Made by a program: the position numbers and the translations under genes | The notes under the pieces: generated by a model | What the model was told of the DNA's origin: nothing | The model's database searches: none | What the model saw: only the letters and a program-made list of their open reading frames with translations | Origin: the human T2T-CHM13v2.0 reference genome, Homo sapiens | Assembly: GCF_009914755.1 (NCBI RefSeq) | Contig: NC_060927.1 | Reading direction: 5' to 3' (one strand) | DNA: 64,000 nt | Part shown: in pieces, positions 30,727-44,214 of the stretch | Layout: every line of letters starts with the position of its first letter | Position numbering within the stretch: the stretch's first letter is position 1

Positions 30727-33700
30727 TAAGCCTCAAAAGCGGGTGTGTAGAGTAGGAAGTTGAATGTTCTTCACTTTCTTATTATTTTTCTCCTTTTTTA
30801 CCATTACCATTTACTATTGATGCATGTCACCTCTGCAATTAGAAAAACAAATTATTTTTAAACACTAAGAGCAAGGCTTTTTTCTTCTGTCTCTGGAACA
30901 CTTTTTGGCTCATGTCCTTTGCAATTCACAGACTACACACTTACTAGTATAGAAAGGTGCCCTCCTTTCTTCCCCTCCCTTTACATTTTCTTTGGATAGC
31001 TACCTATCTTCAGCCCTCAGGCATAAGAGTAAGAATCAAATGTTGATTTTCTTCAGAGTGGCTGCTGAGCCAGCTCCCACTCTCCAGTGGTGTGACCCGG
31101 AATCTATCAGGCCTCACACCACTGTTTTAGCAGCTCTGAATGGCTTGTGGAAGGGCATGGAATGGGGCCAGAAACTGCTTAATTTGAGGTTAATTAAATA
31201 GTGATGACAAGCCTTAATCTCCAACTTGTCATCAGATTGTAAACACTGATTGCAGCTGCAGCAATCTGCAATAAACCTATTGAGAGGAATCTTGACCAGA
31301 ATGAAATAAGTACGTTGGTTACCCAGATGAGGCTGGGAGAGGTGAGATCAGAGAAATCTAGGCTTTTGCAGTACCAGGAGAAATGGAGACCTGAAAAGAG
31401 GGAAATTCATGGGCGAATGTGTCAATTCTGATTCCTGTACAGCCCTATCAAAAAAAAGAAAAAAAGAAAAGAAAAAATAACTGGATCCCATGCACCTGGA
31501 AATTGGAAAGAACAAGGACAGAAATATAAAACCACTAAACTAAGGACCTGGAAAAAGCTGAAATAGCTTTACATCTATTAGCCATTGATGAGGTTTCCAT
31601 GAAAAAATATGTCTGAGCCACTGCATGTCCTGAGGCCGCTGGAGAGATGGTTATACCACCAGAGTGAGCTACAGCAGTGGCTTTCTAGAGTGCAGGCAAG
31701 GATGACAGTTACAGTGTGTTAGGTCTCTACTGTGTCTCAAGCACATCACATGTAACGTATATGATAATTCTCAAAAGTACTTTATGAGGTAGCTATTATT
31801 TTCTCCATTTTAAAGAGGAGAATGCTAAATCTCAAAGGAGTATCCTACCTTGCTTAAGTACATGTAACAAATGGGTTGAACCCAGACTGTCTAATGCCCT
31901 AATGCAAATTCTAAATCACAAGAATCTCTGCCTCCAGCTTTGAGGCAATGTTGAAGTGGGAAAGGGGAAAGAATAGTCAAGTTCCTGAAGAAGATGGGAA
32001 AAAATGAGTCAAAAATCTCCAAAGAATAGGGAAGCACAAAGGGCCAAGGTAAAAAATGCCAGATGAGTAAACATGTTCATAACACTGCACCCCGGAAAGT
32101 GCCCCTCCTGGCTCCATTTTCATGGAGAATGCTTTCTCATTCTTCAAGATCCAGCACAAGGCCAATTTTCACCTCTTCTGTGAAGCCTTCCCCAAACCTC
32201 CTAGTGAGAGAGGCACTTTAAAAAAATATGTGAGATGCATTGAGAGACAGATGGACACCATAAAAGCTGAACTCAATATTACATGTGAAGAAAATTTACA
32301 AAAAAATCTTAATCTGAGTGTCAGAAAAATTGGAGTAGTGAAAGAACCATTACAGTTATTGTCAAATAGTTAATTAACTATTATGTAGGTTTAAATCCAT
32401 GTATTCTTCCTTAAAACCTTTTGGAACAAGATAAATCATTCTCATCCATTCATTTATTCATTCCCTAGCACTGTGATAACACTAGAGAAATAACAATGAC
32501 CAAAAACAGACACAATTCCACTCTCGAGGTACACATGTTTAAAAGGGAAAACAGAGTAATGATACAAAAATCACACAAATAAATGGACAATTATGACATG
32601 TGTTCCAAATAAGAGGTAAATGAGATATTATTATTTTATCCAGGATACAGGACTGGAATCATTAAAGAGAATACGCAGGGAAATAAGCTGCAGTTCATTA
32701 TTTGGAAAAAGTTTCAAACAATCCACACAGAAATGGCCCCACACATGAGCCTGCTCTCTTCTGGGCATTGGATGTGTCCCGGCTGAGGCAGGGAAGACAA
32801 GGGTGCATCCGTCGATAACTTCTCAAGTCTCTTCTGACTCTAAGAAACTGTGACCCTATCATTCCAAACAAAATATTTTCTCAGATAAGAATTAGAATTG
32901 GCTAGGTTGAATTTCCAGGAGACTTAGGAAATATGTACAGAGAATAATCACTTCCTAAATAGAGAGGGGAGTCAAGCAAAACTGAGTCTTCTAAACTGCT
33001 CGGTAGCATTCTCCTTCTCTTCGCACATGGACACACTTCTGCTTTATGCACTGCCCTGACAGCTTCCTGAGGACAGAGGCTGATGGTCTTGCTCATCACT
33101 GAATCATCAATGCGTGGCACATATTAAATATTTGTTAAGTGAGTAAATGAATATGGTACTAAAATGTGCATACTGACAGAAACTTTTTTCTGTTGTGGCC
33201 CTTGTAAGTGAACTTCCTTGAATAATTAATGAACATGAAAGTCAGTCAATCACTCACCTCCTGATTAATAGTCAGGGTCCCTTGTCCAAACAGCCACTTA
33301 GTCCATTAAAAATTAATAATTTTCTACAGAATAAATATATGCTGTACATGGTACATCAAGGGTTCCACTTTTAATACGCAATTAAGTAATGCAGAAAGAC
33401 TAGGAATCTATTAACTAAGAAAGAGCTCCATGAACTTGCCCTCCAAGTCATCATTCATTTACTATCCATTTCTCTTCCAATTTTAAAAAATTATTTAGCC
33501 AGAAAAAAAGTAGTTCTGAAAACAGAGTAAATAACAACATGTTGTCATATTTTGGCTAACATTTGCAGGCCGACACAATGTGTTTTTGTTAAAGATTTGA
33601 GATATGCTATTCCTTCTGTGAAATGACGAATACATTAGGGCAGATCAATACAAAACTGAAGCTCTATATGTAAAATGTTAAGGGTCTATTCATTGAAAAA

Positions 33701-34610
33701 TTATGAGCCATGTTATAGAACTTAGGTCAGAGTTAAATTATTGATCTACATTCATTTTTCCCCTTTCCATGTGACTATCTTTTGATTTTTTATAACATAC
33801 ATTATTGCCTATGTAGAAAATGAATCCTCTTCTTCTAGAGCTAGTGTGTCTGGTGACTGACAATTTTCTAAAATTAACTGTTGTGTTGGTAGCATTTAGA
33901 TTTGTAAATTGAACTCCCCTTGCATAAACATTTAAACATTCAAAATAAAATCTGTAAACTTTGGTAGCATGAACTCAAAGGGAAAAGAGGATAATTTTCA
34001 TTTTTTAATACAAAGAAAGCAAAGAAAAAAAGGAAAGGTTATTTTTCTTAACATCATTCTACAACTTTATGGTTCTTGATACATTTCATTGATGAGGCCA
34101 AATTGTATTCAGTTGACTTTTTACAAATGACTAAACTGTATTGCTAAGCAAAGGGATGTAATCAACACTTTGTGAGCTGAAGTCTTCTCAATTTTCAGAC
34201 CTAAAGCTTACTCAAGATGTATAACCTCAAATTCTGTAAGCAGGTTAGATGTCTTGAAATACAAAGACTCTCATCCCCTATCAGCCCCCAGAGTGACAAA
34301 GGAATGTGTCTTCAATGAAGATTTTCTCTCATCTGCTGAAAAGGGAAAATGTGCAAATATTTCAAAGAAATGTAGATTCCACAGACCCACGTTAATTCAT
34401 GAAAAAGGAAGCTAATGTAAGAGTTCTTAGTAGGAATGATCTTTGATTTGGCGCTGTATTTGGTCAGTAACTTTTGCCTACTAGGAGAATATTTTCTCTT
34501 TAACGAAGTAGTATCAGACACAGAGGGCTCTTCATTTTCTCTAATGGAGATACAATCATTTAGATTCGTGCTCCAAATGAGGCAGAAATTACCCCTAATG
34601 TGTAGTTTGA

Positions 34611-35038
<428 letters not shown>

Positions 35039-36529
35039 CCTCTGCTACTTTTCTTCACATTGTCACTGCAGGAATCAGCTGGCTCTAGGGGGATATCCCA
35101 CAGTCTCACATAAATACCAATCCCTGTCGCTGGAACAAGGGGGTCCCAGCCTCACAGAAGCCCTGAGGGACTCTGTTTCTCTACAGGTCAGCTCCAAAGC
35201 AGAGGGCCCTTTGCACCATAAATCAATGTCATCCACAGAAAACTCCAGGAGAAAGTTAAATACCAGCAGCAAACAATGTCTCTTGTGTAGCAGTCTCTCA
35301 CCACTGTTTCTGCTAGGTGACAAAAGCAGTGAGAAAAGCAGAGGAAGCAAGGGCTGAAGACAGAAAAGTCAAAGAATTGCAGAACTTGAGAGTTGGAAAG
35401 GGGCAGAGTCCAAATAGGAAAAGACTTAAGCTTCCTACTGTGTTGTGCTATGTAGAATGCTGTATGAGGAAGGGCAGCAGGCTTTCTCCCCAGAAGCCCA
35501 GCTGAAAGTCATCCACACTTTACATGGTCCCCTATACCAGGCTTCAGCCCCCTTGGCCTTGGTTTTCTCAACACACAGTATGGAATCCATTTCTCATGAG
35601 ATGGACTTCATTAAACACACTCATGAGACCAACATATAAAACCAGAATGTCAAAGTAGTAGTCTACGATTTGCAGTATAGCTGTTGCACAGATGTCAGAA
35701 AGACCAATACATTCATTCCCTTCCTGTAAATGTCTTCCCTGCAAAACCAAATCCTAATCAGGCAGCAATCTGACATGTAAGGAATCTGAACAAGAGGAGT
35801 TCATCTGATGAACTGAATGTTAAACAGCGTCAGGGGAGATGGAGTCACCAATGGGAAAGAATACCCAATGTCCCTTGGCTGCAGCTCTCTACATCCATTG
35901 CCGTAACAGAAATGGCCTTGCCAATAGAAAAACAATTCTCCAAGTTTCTCACAGGAGGTCCCGTCCCCTCCAAAGAGAGCTACATGTGTATTCTTTGTGT
36001 ATTTTTATCATTGAGAAACATAATTTGAATGGGAAAGCCTTTCTTTCGTTCTAAAAACCCTGCATCATTTTTCTCATTGCAGGTTAAAATATGTTCATTG
36101 TAAATAATGAACATACGGAAAAGGGTAAAAGTTATTCTATTTCTTCCGCCCAGAAAACTATAGGTGGATAATCTTTCAGTCTGTTTCTATGTATACATCT
36201 TAGGTTGCCCATATAAAATTACCATTTTGCAGATAAAAAGCAGTCAATTAGGTGCAATTCTACATGGTCCAATCTCATATACATACGCACATTACATTAA
36301 AGTCAAATGACACCTTAACTTCTACTTTGTTGCTTTTCTTTGAATTAACTAGGGCTCATATACAGTTTTCCATGTTACTCGGTAATACCATAATTGATTC
36401 TCTTGCACGCACTTGTTTACCAAAACTTCTCATTATTTCCTTAGGGAATATTCACAGACATAGAAGTGCTTGGTTAAAGGATTTGCACACACACCCATTC
36501 ATGCATATACTGTCTAAGGTTGCTCTCAT

Positions 36530-36630
36530 CATTAACAGCAGAGTTGAGTAGTTGTGACCATACTACCAAAAAACCTGCAATATTTACCCTTTAGTCCTTT
36601 ACAGAAAAAGGTTGCCAACCCTGACCTAGA
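36530..36630. mobile_element. MER58-like hAT fragment
   Basis: GCAGAGTTGAGTAGTTGTGAC...TTTACAGAAAAAGGTTGCCAACCCTG. Confidence 0.7.
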
Positions 36631-38099
36631 ATCCATAATTAACTAGATACAGAATCCAGACATCCATTCAACAATAGGACACAGACTTCCTATTTTTAAA
36701 AAATTCACCGTGACTACAAGCAGATCTGCATTTAAAATATTTTATTCCCATTAGTATTTTTAATTGGTCCAAATGCTCTATGTGATATAACTTCACTATC
36801 ATTAGAATAGTATTAAAGAATACTATTAGAAAAATGTAGCTCCATTATTTTTACTACAGAAATTATTATAACCGAAGACATAAATGCGAACCAAATAAAA
36901 CAAAATAAGTTGTAAAAATTCCTTTCTTCAACAATTGCATAATAATCTATAATACACATAGATATACATGTTCTTAAATATTTCATGTAAAAATTGGTTA
37001 CTATTTAATAATTAATTTTAGAAACATTAAAAGAAATTTAACTTCTGGGTCTTTGATTTGAAACAGCTAAGAATTTTAGACTGGTTTCCATTTTTAATCA
37101 TGATCAAGACTCAGAAACGTAGCTAAGAAAAATCATATTGTACTTTTTATTGAAAAGGAATCACACAGACCATGTCTGAATTATTATAAAGGCTTTATTA
37201 ATTAGATTTTAATCTACATGACTATACCATATGCTAAAAAACCATCCAAACAAACTCTATGAAACGGTTTTACTGCTATTACTTAAAGAGCCATTTAAAA
37301 GAATTTCTACGGGATAAAGACTGGGTGATTTATCATAGTTTTATGCTCCTTTAATCTGCTCCATCTTCCCATTGTAAAATAAATATTGGTTTTAAAATAA
37401 ATGGTTCTGCCCAGGTTTTGATGAGAAAAATTGCCCTGTAAATCACAAGCTCACGTGTGCCAAACTCTAAGTCCAATGTTAACTAGCCTATTCTGAAGAA
37501 AAATAAGTCAATTTTATAGAACAAAATCTAAAGAAGACAATTACTTAAGTGTATTTTCAAAGCTGCAATGTAATTAATCTGAGATATGAGCTTCTGTACC
37601 CCAAGTTTTTTAATTCTCAAAATAAGAACTAGTGGATATCAAACTGGTCCTCCAACTGGATTTTTTAAAAATGGGTTCTGTACTATAGTTTTTATTATAT
37701 TCTTTCCGAATCCAATATACAAGTTATGTAACTGAAAATAAATACAATGAGGGTTATATGATAATGTCTGAGGGTTATATGATGACATCTTTATCAATCA
37801 CTTTTTTCATACACAGAGAGCCAAATCAATTTAATAGTCAGGTTCTTAGAATATTTCATAGTGTTCTGAAAAATTGACCTTACAGTATACATATTTTCCT
37901 ATAATAAGCATAGTGGTTAAAATGCTCTGGAAGTTATGAATGGTTTAAAGCAGTGCTTCACAAACTATTTAGGATGTAAAACTAGTTGACTATATTTTTC
38001 ACTCCAATATGTTGTGGGTTGGTGATACTTTTATAAAATACAATAAAAATTGCACTTGGATTTAGTGGTAGTGTCAAACTGCTATGACAGTCTCTAAAC

Positions 38100-38411
38100 C
38101 AGCACTGTCCAACAGAAATATCATAGGAGCCACATGTCTGATTTTAAGCTTTCTAGTAGCCACATTAAAAATGTAAAAAGAAACAGTTGAAATTAATTTT
38201 AATAATATTTTATGTAGTCCAATAGATCCACAACCTTATTTCAATATGTAATCAGTATACAAATATAATGGAGATATTTAACTTTTTAAAAAAATTAAGT
38301 CATCAAAATCCAGCATGTATATTCCACTTACAGCATGTCCCCATTCAGACTGGCCACATTTCAAGTACTCAACAGTCACATGTAGCTAGTGGCTGTTGTG
38401 TGGGAAAGTGC
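38100..38411. mobile_element. MER33-like MITE, apparently nested in another hAT element (about 37950-38490)
   Basis: CAGCACTGTCCAACAGAAATAT...CTAGTAGCCACATTAAAAA...CACATGTAGCTAGTGGCT. Confidence 0.8.
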
Positions 38412-39167
38412 CATTTTAAACCATTACTCCCAAACTCTGCACCTCCCTCTTCATGAACTGGTCCACATACAACACTTTGAGTAGTACTGTCTAAACTACT
38501 GCTCCCTTAAAAATGGCACCTTCATTTCTCTTCTATAATTTTCTACTCTGTGTTTTAAATTGAGGGCTCCATTCCAGATAAGTCCAACACTTAAACAAAG
38601 AAATTAACAAACTCATGATTGCAGCTAACTTTATACATCCTTTCAGGAAAGGAATTTGCATTTATAAGGGATGGATACGGAGGTCCCCTCTGCTCTCCCT
38701 TCTCTAGAAGCAATCACTATTCTGAATGATATTGGTTTCTTTCTTTCCTATCCATGTTTTTATACTTTTTCTACTGACTATGTTCTTAGGATTTAAATAA
38801 AGCAAAGAGAAAATTTGTTTGCACATTGCTGAGATATATGAATTTAATGCGTTTAGCTCATACAAATCCTGACCATATTCCATGGCAACCACTGAAACCG
38901 AATCACACACCTTTCTACGTTTGCACCCTCTGATCCCCTATTCGTCCTTCATACCACACTGCTTTGATATATCATTTTCTTTCTGCTCTGTATTTAGACT
39001 CTGTTCCACCTTCTAGCCTGGATAATTTCTACCCATTGAGATCAAAGCTTAAATATCACTTCTTCAAGTAACCTTTGTTGATCTGCCCTTTGCCCTGGTA
39101 AAATTAGGTTCCCTGTCAAACACTCTCACTTTTCCTATACTGCACTTACCAAAATTGTAAATAGTTT

Positions 39168-39380
39168 CTGTTGTTGTTGTTGTTTTTGAGATGGAGTCTT
39201 GCACTGTCGCCCAGGCTGGTACAATGGCACAATTGGCTCGCTGCAACCTCCACCTCCTGGGTTCAGGCAATTCTCCTGCCTCAGCCTCCCGAGTAGCTGG
39301 ATTATAGGTGCCCACCGCCATGCCTGGCTAATTTTTGTATTTTTTAGTAGAGACAAGGTTTCACCATGTTGGCCAGGCTG
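39168..39380 (-). mobile_element. 5'-truncated AluS with (TTG)n tail
   Basis: Right arm plus part of the left arm, ending at GGCCAGGCTG. Confidence 0.93.
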
Positions 39381-39599
39381 AAGTAGTTATTTTTTTTACT
39401 GATTTGTTTAATGTCTCTCTCATTCATAAAAATATGTTAGCACCAGCATAATTAAAAGTATACAGTAGGTATCCACAAATATTAATTGAGTGAATGAATG
39501 AATTTTCATTCTCAGAAGCCAGACTTAACCTGGTCATTATGTTTCTCAATCTCTAGTCATGACACTAGCTTACAATGTGTATATCATAGATATATATAC

Positions 39600-40850
39600 A
39601 TAGGGTATCCCTGTTAATTAGAAGGTATATTTTCAAGAGTATGGCCATAAAGAAGTTATTCATGGTATATTCTTTTGACCTTCTATTTTCAATTGTCTCT
39701 ATATTTAGCTCCCATTTTTCATTTCTAATACTGTTTGTATTTCTCTCTCTCTCTCTCTCTTTGTTCTTCTCTCTTTGTAGTTGATCAAGTTTGACAAGTG
39801 AGAATGTGCTGTTTTAGTCTTTAAAATAATCATTTTTTGCTCGGTTGATCTTCTCTACTGTTTCTTTGTATTCTATTTCATTTTTGGTAATATTTTTGTA
39901 TTATTCCTTCCCTCTACTGTATTTGGGTTTACTCTGCTATTTTATTTATACCTTTTTAATTGAATCCTTAATTCCCTAACAATGTCTCCTTCCGTTTCTA
40001 ACGTATACATTTATAAGTCTATAAATTTCCCTCTATATACCTCTTTGTGTCCCACAAGACTTAAAGTATGTACTAATTTCTATCATCATTTTTCTTTGAC
40101 TCACAAATTATTGACAGGTACAGTTTTGAGTTTCCAAATGTATAAAGTTTTGAAAAGTATCAGTTTCTAATCTCCTGCTTTTTTCCTCTGAAATAAAGAA
40201 TTAGTAAATATAATTTTTATTCATCAGCATTAAGACTTTCTATGTGTGTATATTATCTGTTAGTGGAGTTTGAAGTTCTATATATGTCTATTTGTCCAAG
40301 CTAACCGGTTATGTGGTTTAAATATTCTTTATCTTTTCTAAGCTTCTTAGCTTGTTTGATTTATCAGTGTCTGAGAGAAAAATGGTTAAAACTCTCAGAT
40401 TATGATTATATGGGTTTTCAATACTTCTTGGCGACTGTGTCAATTTTTACTTTCTATATTTTTAAAAGGATGCTACTAGGTAATGTAGGCTCAGGATTAA
40501 CTCTTCCTGGTGAATTGTTCTTTTATCATTAAATAATAACTCTTTATCTGTAATAATATTTTTGCTTTTAAAGTATATTTTGTCCGATATTAATAGTGTC
40601 ACCAGCTTTCATTTGAATGATATTTATATGATGTATTATGTCAATTTCATCTATTTTCTCTTAATCTTCCCATGCTATTATCCTTAATTGGGTTGTTCCT
40701 TGTAAACAGTTAAAGAGAGTATAGCTGTTCTCTCTATCCAACTTAAGAATCTTTGCCTGCAGACAGATAGGTTTAATCATTTGTATATTGGCTTTGATTA
40801 CTGATTATTTGGCCTCATTTCAACTAATTAATCTACAGCTTCCTAAAAGT
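39600..40850 (-). mobile_element. Old L1M ORF2-region fragments
   Basis: T-rich strand with TATAAATTTCCCTCT, GTTGATCTTCTCTACTG and CACCAGCTTTC motifs of antisense L1. Confidence 0.65.
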
Positions 40851-41989
40851 CAGTAATTATGGCCTCTCACTGAACCAAGTACTGCATACCATAGCAAGCA
40901 TTGCTGTATCTATCTTACACTCATAATTTAGCTGTTCTCAATAAATAATTTAGACACATTGGCAAATAATATTCTCTTAAAGCTTCAAGCTCATAAGTAC
41001 TTATATATATAACACAGAAAATCCCCAACTAAGATGGCTAATCCACTACTACTCTTATTTCTTTACCTATAACATGAAAATAAGTGAATCCACTTGTCAT
41101 CTACCTCCAATGTTGCTGTACTTTCCTCTTCAACCTCCTCATTTTTAAAAATTTCTATCGGGAACAGCTCTCATTCTGTCTCTTCTACCTTTCTTCTTCC
41201 CTATCCCAGTCTCTCACCTGTTACCTTGACAATTGAATTAGTATCTTTTCTCTCCCTGCCTTCATCCTACCACCTAACAATCCAATGTTTCCTCCAGTTA
41301 AATGAGGGTCGCATAGTATAAGTTAAGAAATTTGAACTTTACCCTACAGCTCAGTGTTTCTCAAACTGAACCCAAAGGCACAGTATCATAGCTCCAAACA
41401 TTCTATGAGAATATGCTTTAGGTTTTTATGGTTTTATTCCAATTAATGTCCTGAAGAATCTAAATGACAACCTGATAATTGAGCTATGCTTTCCAAAAGC
41501 AGTGTCTGAGTTTGTCTTTTTTTTTTTTCCTCCATCAACTCTGTTCTGTTCTCAGTATCACTGGAACCAAACAATCACTTTAAATGACAGCTTTTAACTT
41601 TCAGTGTGTCAGTGAGCACATCTGGCTGCTAGGTTGGCATGTCCTAATGCTAAAATTGTCCCATGTCTGCTATTGTGCTCTTCTTGAAGATAATTTGCAA
41701 TGGAAAGATAGTGTCATGGAATAAGACTTTAATTTATTAAGTTATTTAATTAATGGAGACTTTGATATGACATCATAAAAACTCATAGTGTGGCAGAGTA
41801 ATGGTCTATTTTAATTGTTATGGGCTAATGAGAAAAGAACAAAGGCAGAATTAACATGTAAATGATGCGTTTATATCAAATGAAAGCCAAATGATATTAT
41901 GGGACAGTGCAAAAGGAAGTTTCCCAATTTTTCAAATAGAGAAAAGTGGTGAGAAAATTGAGTCATCATGTGGCTCTGAGTAGTAGAGG

Positions 41990-43450
41990 CATGCCAAATT
42001 AAGAGTCTTTGCCATAGTAGTCAGCACACTTTATTGATGAAACATTAATTTATCAAATATATGTTAAATACTTCATCAACAAACAGTGAGTGTTAAACAC
42101 TGTTCTAGGCACTAAGGATACAGAAGTCATAAGATAGTCAACTCTCCAGTGTCACGGAAGTTATATTCTGACAATAAAAAGATGAACATGAATTTATAAT
42201 ACAACATCAGGGAGTCGTAAGTCTTGTGAAGGAAAACGAAGCAGGGCAAAGAGATGGAGGATGATGAGGGAGGAGGAAAGCTACAGTAGGCAAGATGATC
42301 AAGGGAGGATTCTCTGAGAAGATGACATTTGAGCAGACACCTAAGTGCAACAGGAGGCAAAGGCATACAAATATCTCGGGGAGAAGATTTCCAAACAAAA
42401 GCAAGAGCAAATACAAAGATGTTGAGAAGAACAGCAAGAAAACCAATGTCAACAGACTGCAGGGAGAAAGGAGAGTGGTATGAGACTAGGTAAAAAGAAG
42501 AGGGCTGAATCTTGAAGAGCCTTGAGGTCATAGCAAAAAGCCTGAATTTAATTCTAAGGATGATGGGGAGTTACTACAGGTTTTTTGTTTTGCTTTGATA
42601 CAGAGTCTCGCTCTGTCACCCACACTGGAGTGCAGTGGTGCAATCTTGGCTCACTGCAACCTCTGCCTCCTGGGTTCGAGTGATTCTCCAGCCTCAGCCA
42701 CCTGAGTAGCTGGGATTACAGGCATCCATCACCATGCCCTGCTTATTTTTTGTATATTTAGTAGAGGCAGGGTTTTGCCATGTTGGCCAAGCTGGTCTCA
42801 AACTCCTGACATCAAGTGATCCACCCGCCTCAGCCTCCCTATTACAGGGTTTATACAGTTCATGCAGAATACCAGAAAGGGAGATGGGGACTGTGGGGAT
42901 GGATACAGGTAGGCTTGTAGATTTGCTAGAGAAAATAAGGTAGTTTCTTCTGATTGTTTCTCTTTCTCCAGTGAAATAAGAAGTGAGACAATCAACTGAT
43001 TGGGAGAGCTGGGGATGGCCATTGGAGAGTTGAGGTACAGGTGAAGATATAAAATAGTTTTCTCAGAAAGTAGAAGTATTAGGTAAACAATGCAGGATCA
43101 CCGTGTAGAACAGAGGATCCACTGCAGTCAGCATAGTTGTGTGTCCTCCATCCATCCACACTCAGGCCCAAAGTAGGTGGAAAGCTGAATGAGGGTCATA
43201 GTTTTGCCAGATAAGAATGACAGAGAAAGATGAGCAAAGGAGTTCAGTGTGCATGTAAAGAAGAGATGAACCATAGCATCTGAGCTGAGCAAGGAGGAAA
43301 GTGAGGATACAGGAGGATGACGGATTGTACATAAATCCTGTAAGTCAACAGATTGGAGGCCCCACAGGATCAAAGAACTGTTGGAGTAGAGATGCTAATG
43401 TCACCTGAGGCAGCAGCCCTGAAAAGATAGGAAGTGGTGGTCAGAGAGTG
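41990..43450 (-). mobile_element. L2 (long fragment), interrupted by an Alu
   Basis: CACTGTTCTAGGCACT...GATGACATTTGAGCAGACACCT...; purine-rich antisense L2 pattern. Confidence 0.7.
42581..42839 (-). mobile_element. Slightly 5'-truncated AluS
   Basis: Antisense Alu; approximate TSD TACTACAGG / TATTACAGG. Confidence 0.93.
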
Positions 43451-43480
43451 GGATGCTGTGAAACATACTTTGAAGGTTAG

Positions 43481-43665
43481 CATGGCATTTCATAACAAGG
43501 GCACTATTGGCATTTGGGGAAAACAATTCTTCATCGTGCATAACAGTCTCATGTACTGAATGACATTTAGCATCCTTAACTTCTGCCCTCTAAATACCAG
43601 TAGCACTCCTTACATTTGCAATTACTCCCTAGGAGAGTGGTACTTCCTAGATTGTGAACCATTGG
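43481..43665. mobile_element. MER20-like hAT MITE
   Basis: GGCACTATTGGCATTTGGG...AATTCTT...TTTAGCATCC...CCAGTAGCAC...GAACCATTG. Confidence 0.7.
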
Positions 43666-44012
43666 CCTGGGGTATGACTATGAGGTAGGGAGAGATATTT
43701 GCAAGTGAGAAACTCAGGGACCTGATAGACCAGGTATGAGTATTCTCTGTGGATGTTTTTACTGAGAATGATGAGTATAAAGACAGGGCGCTGAGGGGAA
43801 CGTCTTCAATAAATACAGAGGAGTAGGCTGTAGAAGAGTTTTATGGCATGTGCTTTAAAAGCCTCTGCAGAGGAAGAGAAAAGGAACTGTCTAGAAGTGA
43901 CAATGAACAATACCAGAAGACACCAACTCCACTGTCAGACACTGAGAAAAAAACAGACACCCCTGGAGAGGGTGATGGGGAAGCCTCCTTAAGAGTTTGC
44001 CAAGAGTATCAA

Positions 44013-44214
44013 GCAGCTATCCAAAAGAACTTTCTGTGATGATGGCAATGTTGATATCTACGCCATCCTATAAGATAGACAATAGGCACATGTACTTCTT
44101 AGCCCTTGAAACGAGGCCAGTGTGTCTGAGGATCTGAATTTTTTACTCTGATTTGAACGAATTTAAATGTAAACAGTCAGATGTGGCTACTGGCTAACAA
44201 ATTGGATGGGGCAG
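44013..44214. mobile_element. MER3-like hAT MITE
   Basis: TCCAAAAGAACTTTCTGTGATGATGGCAATGTT...ATGTGGCTACTGGCTA. Confidence 0.75.
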
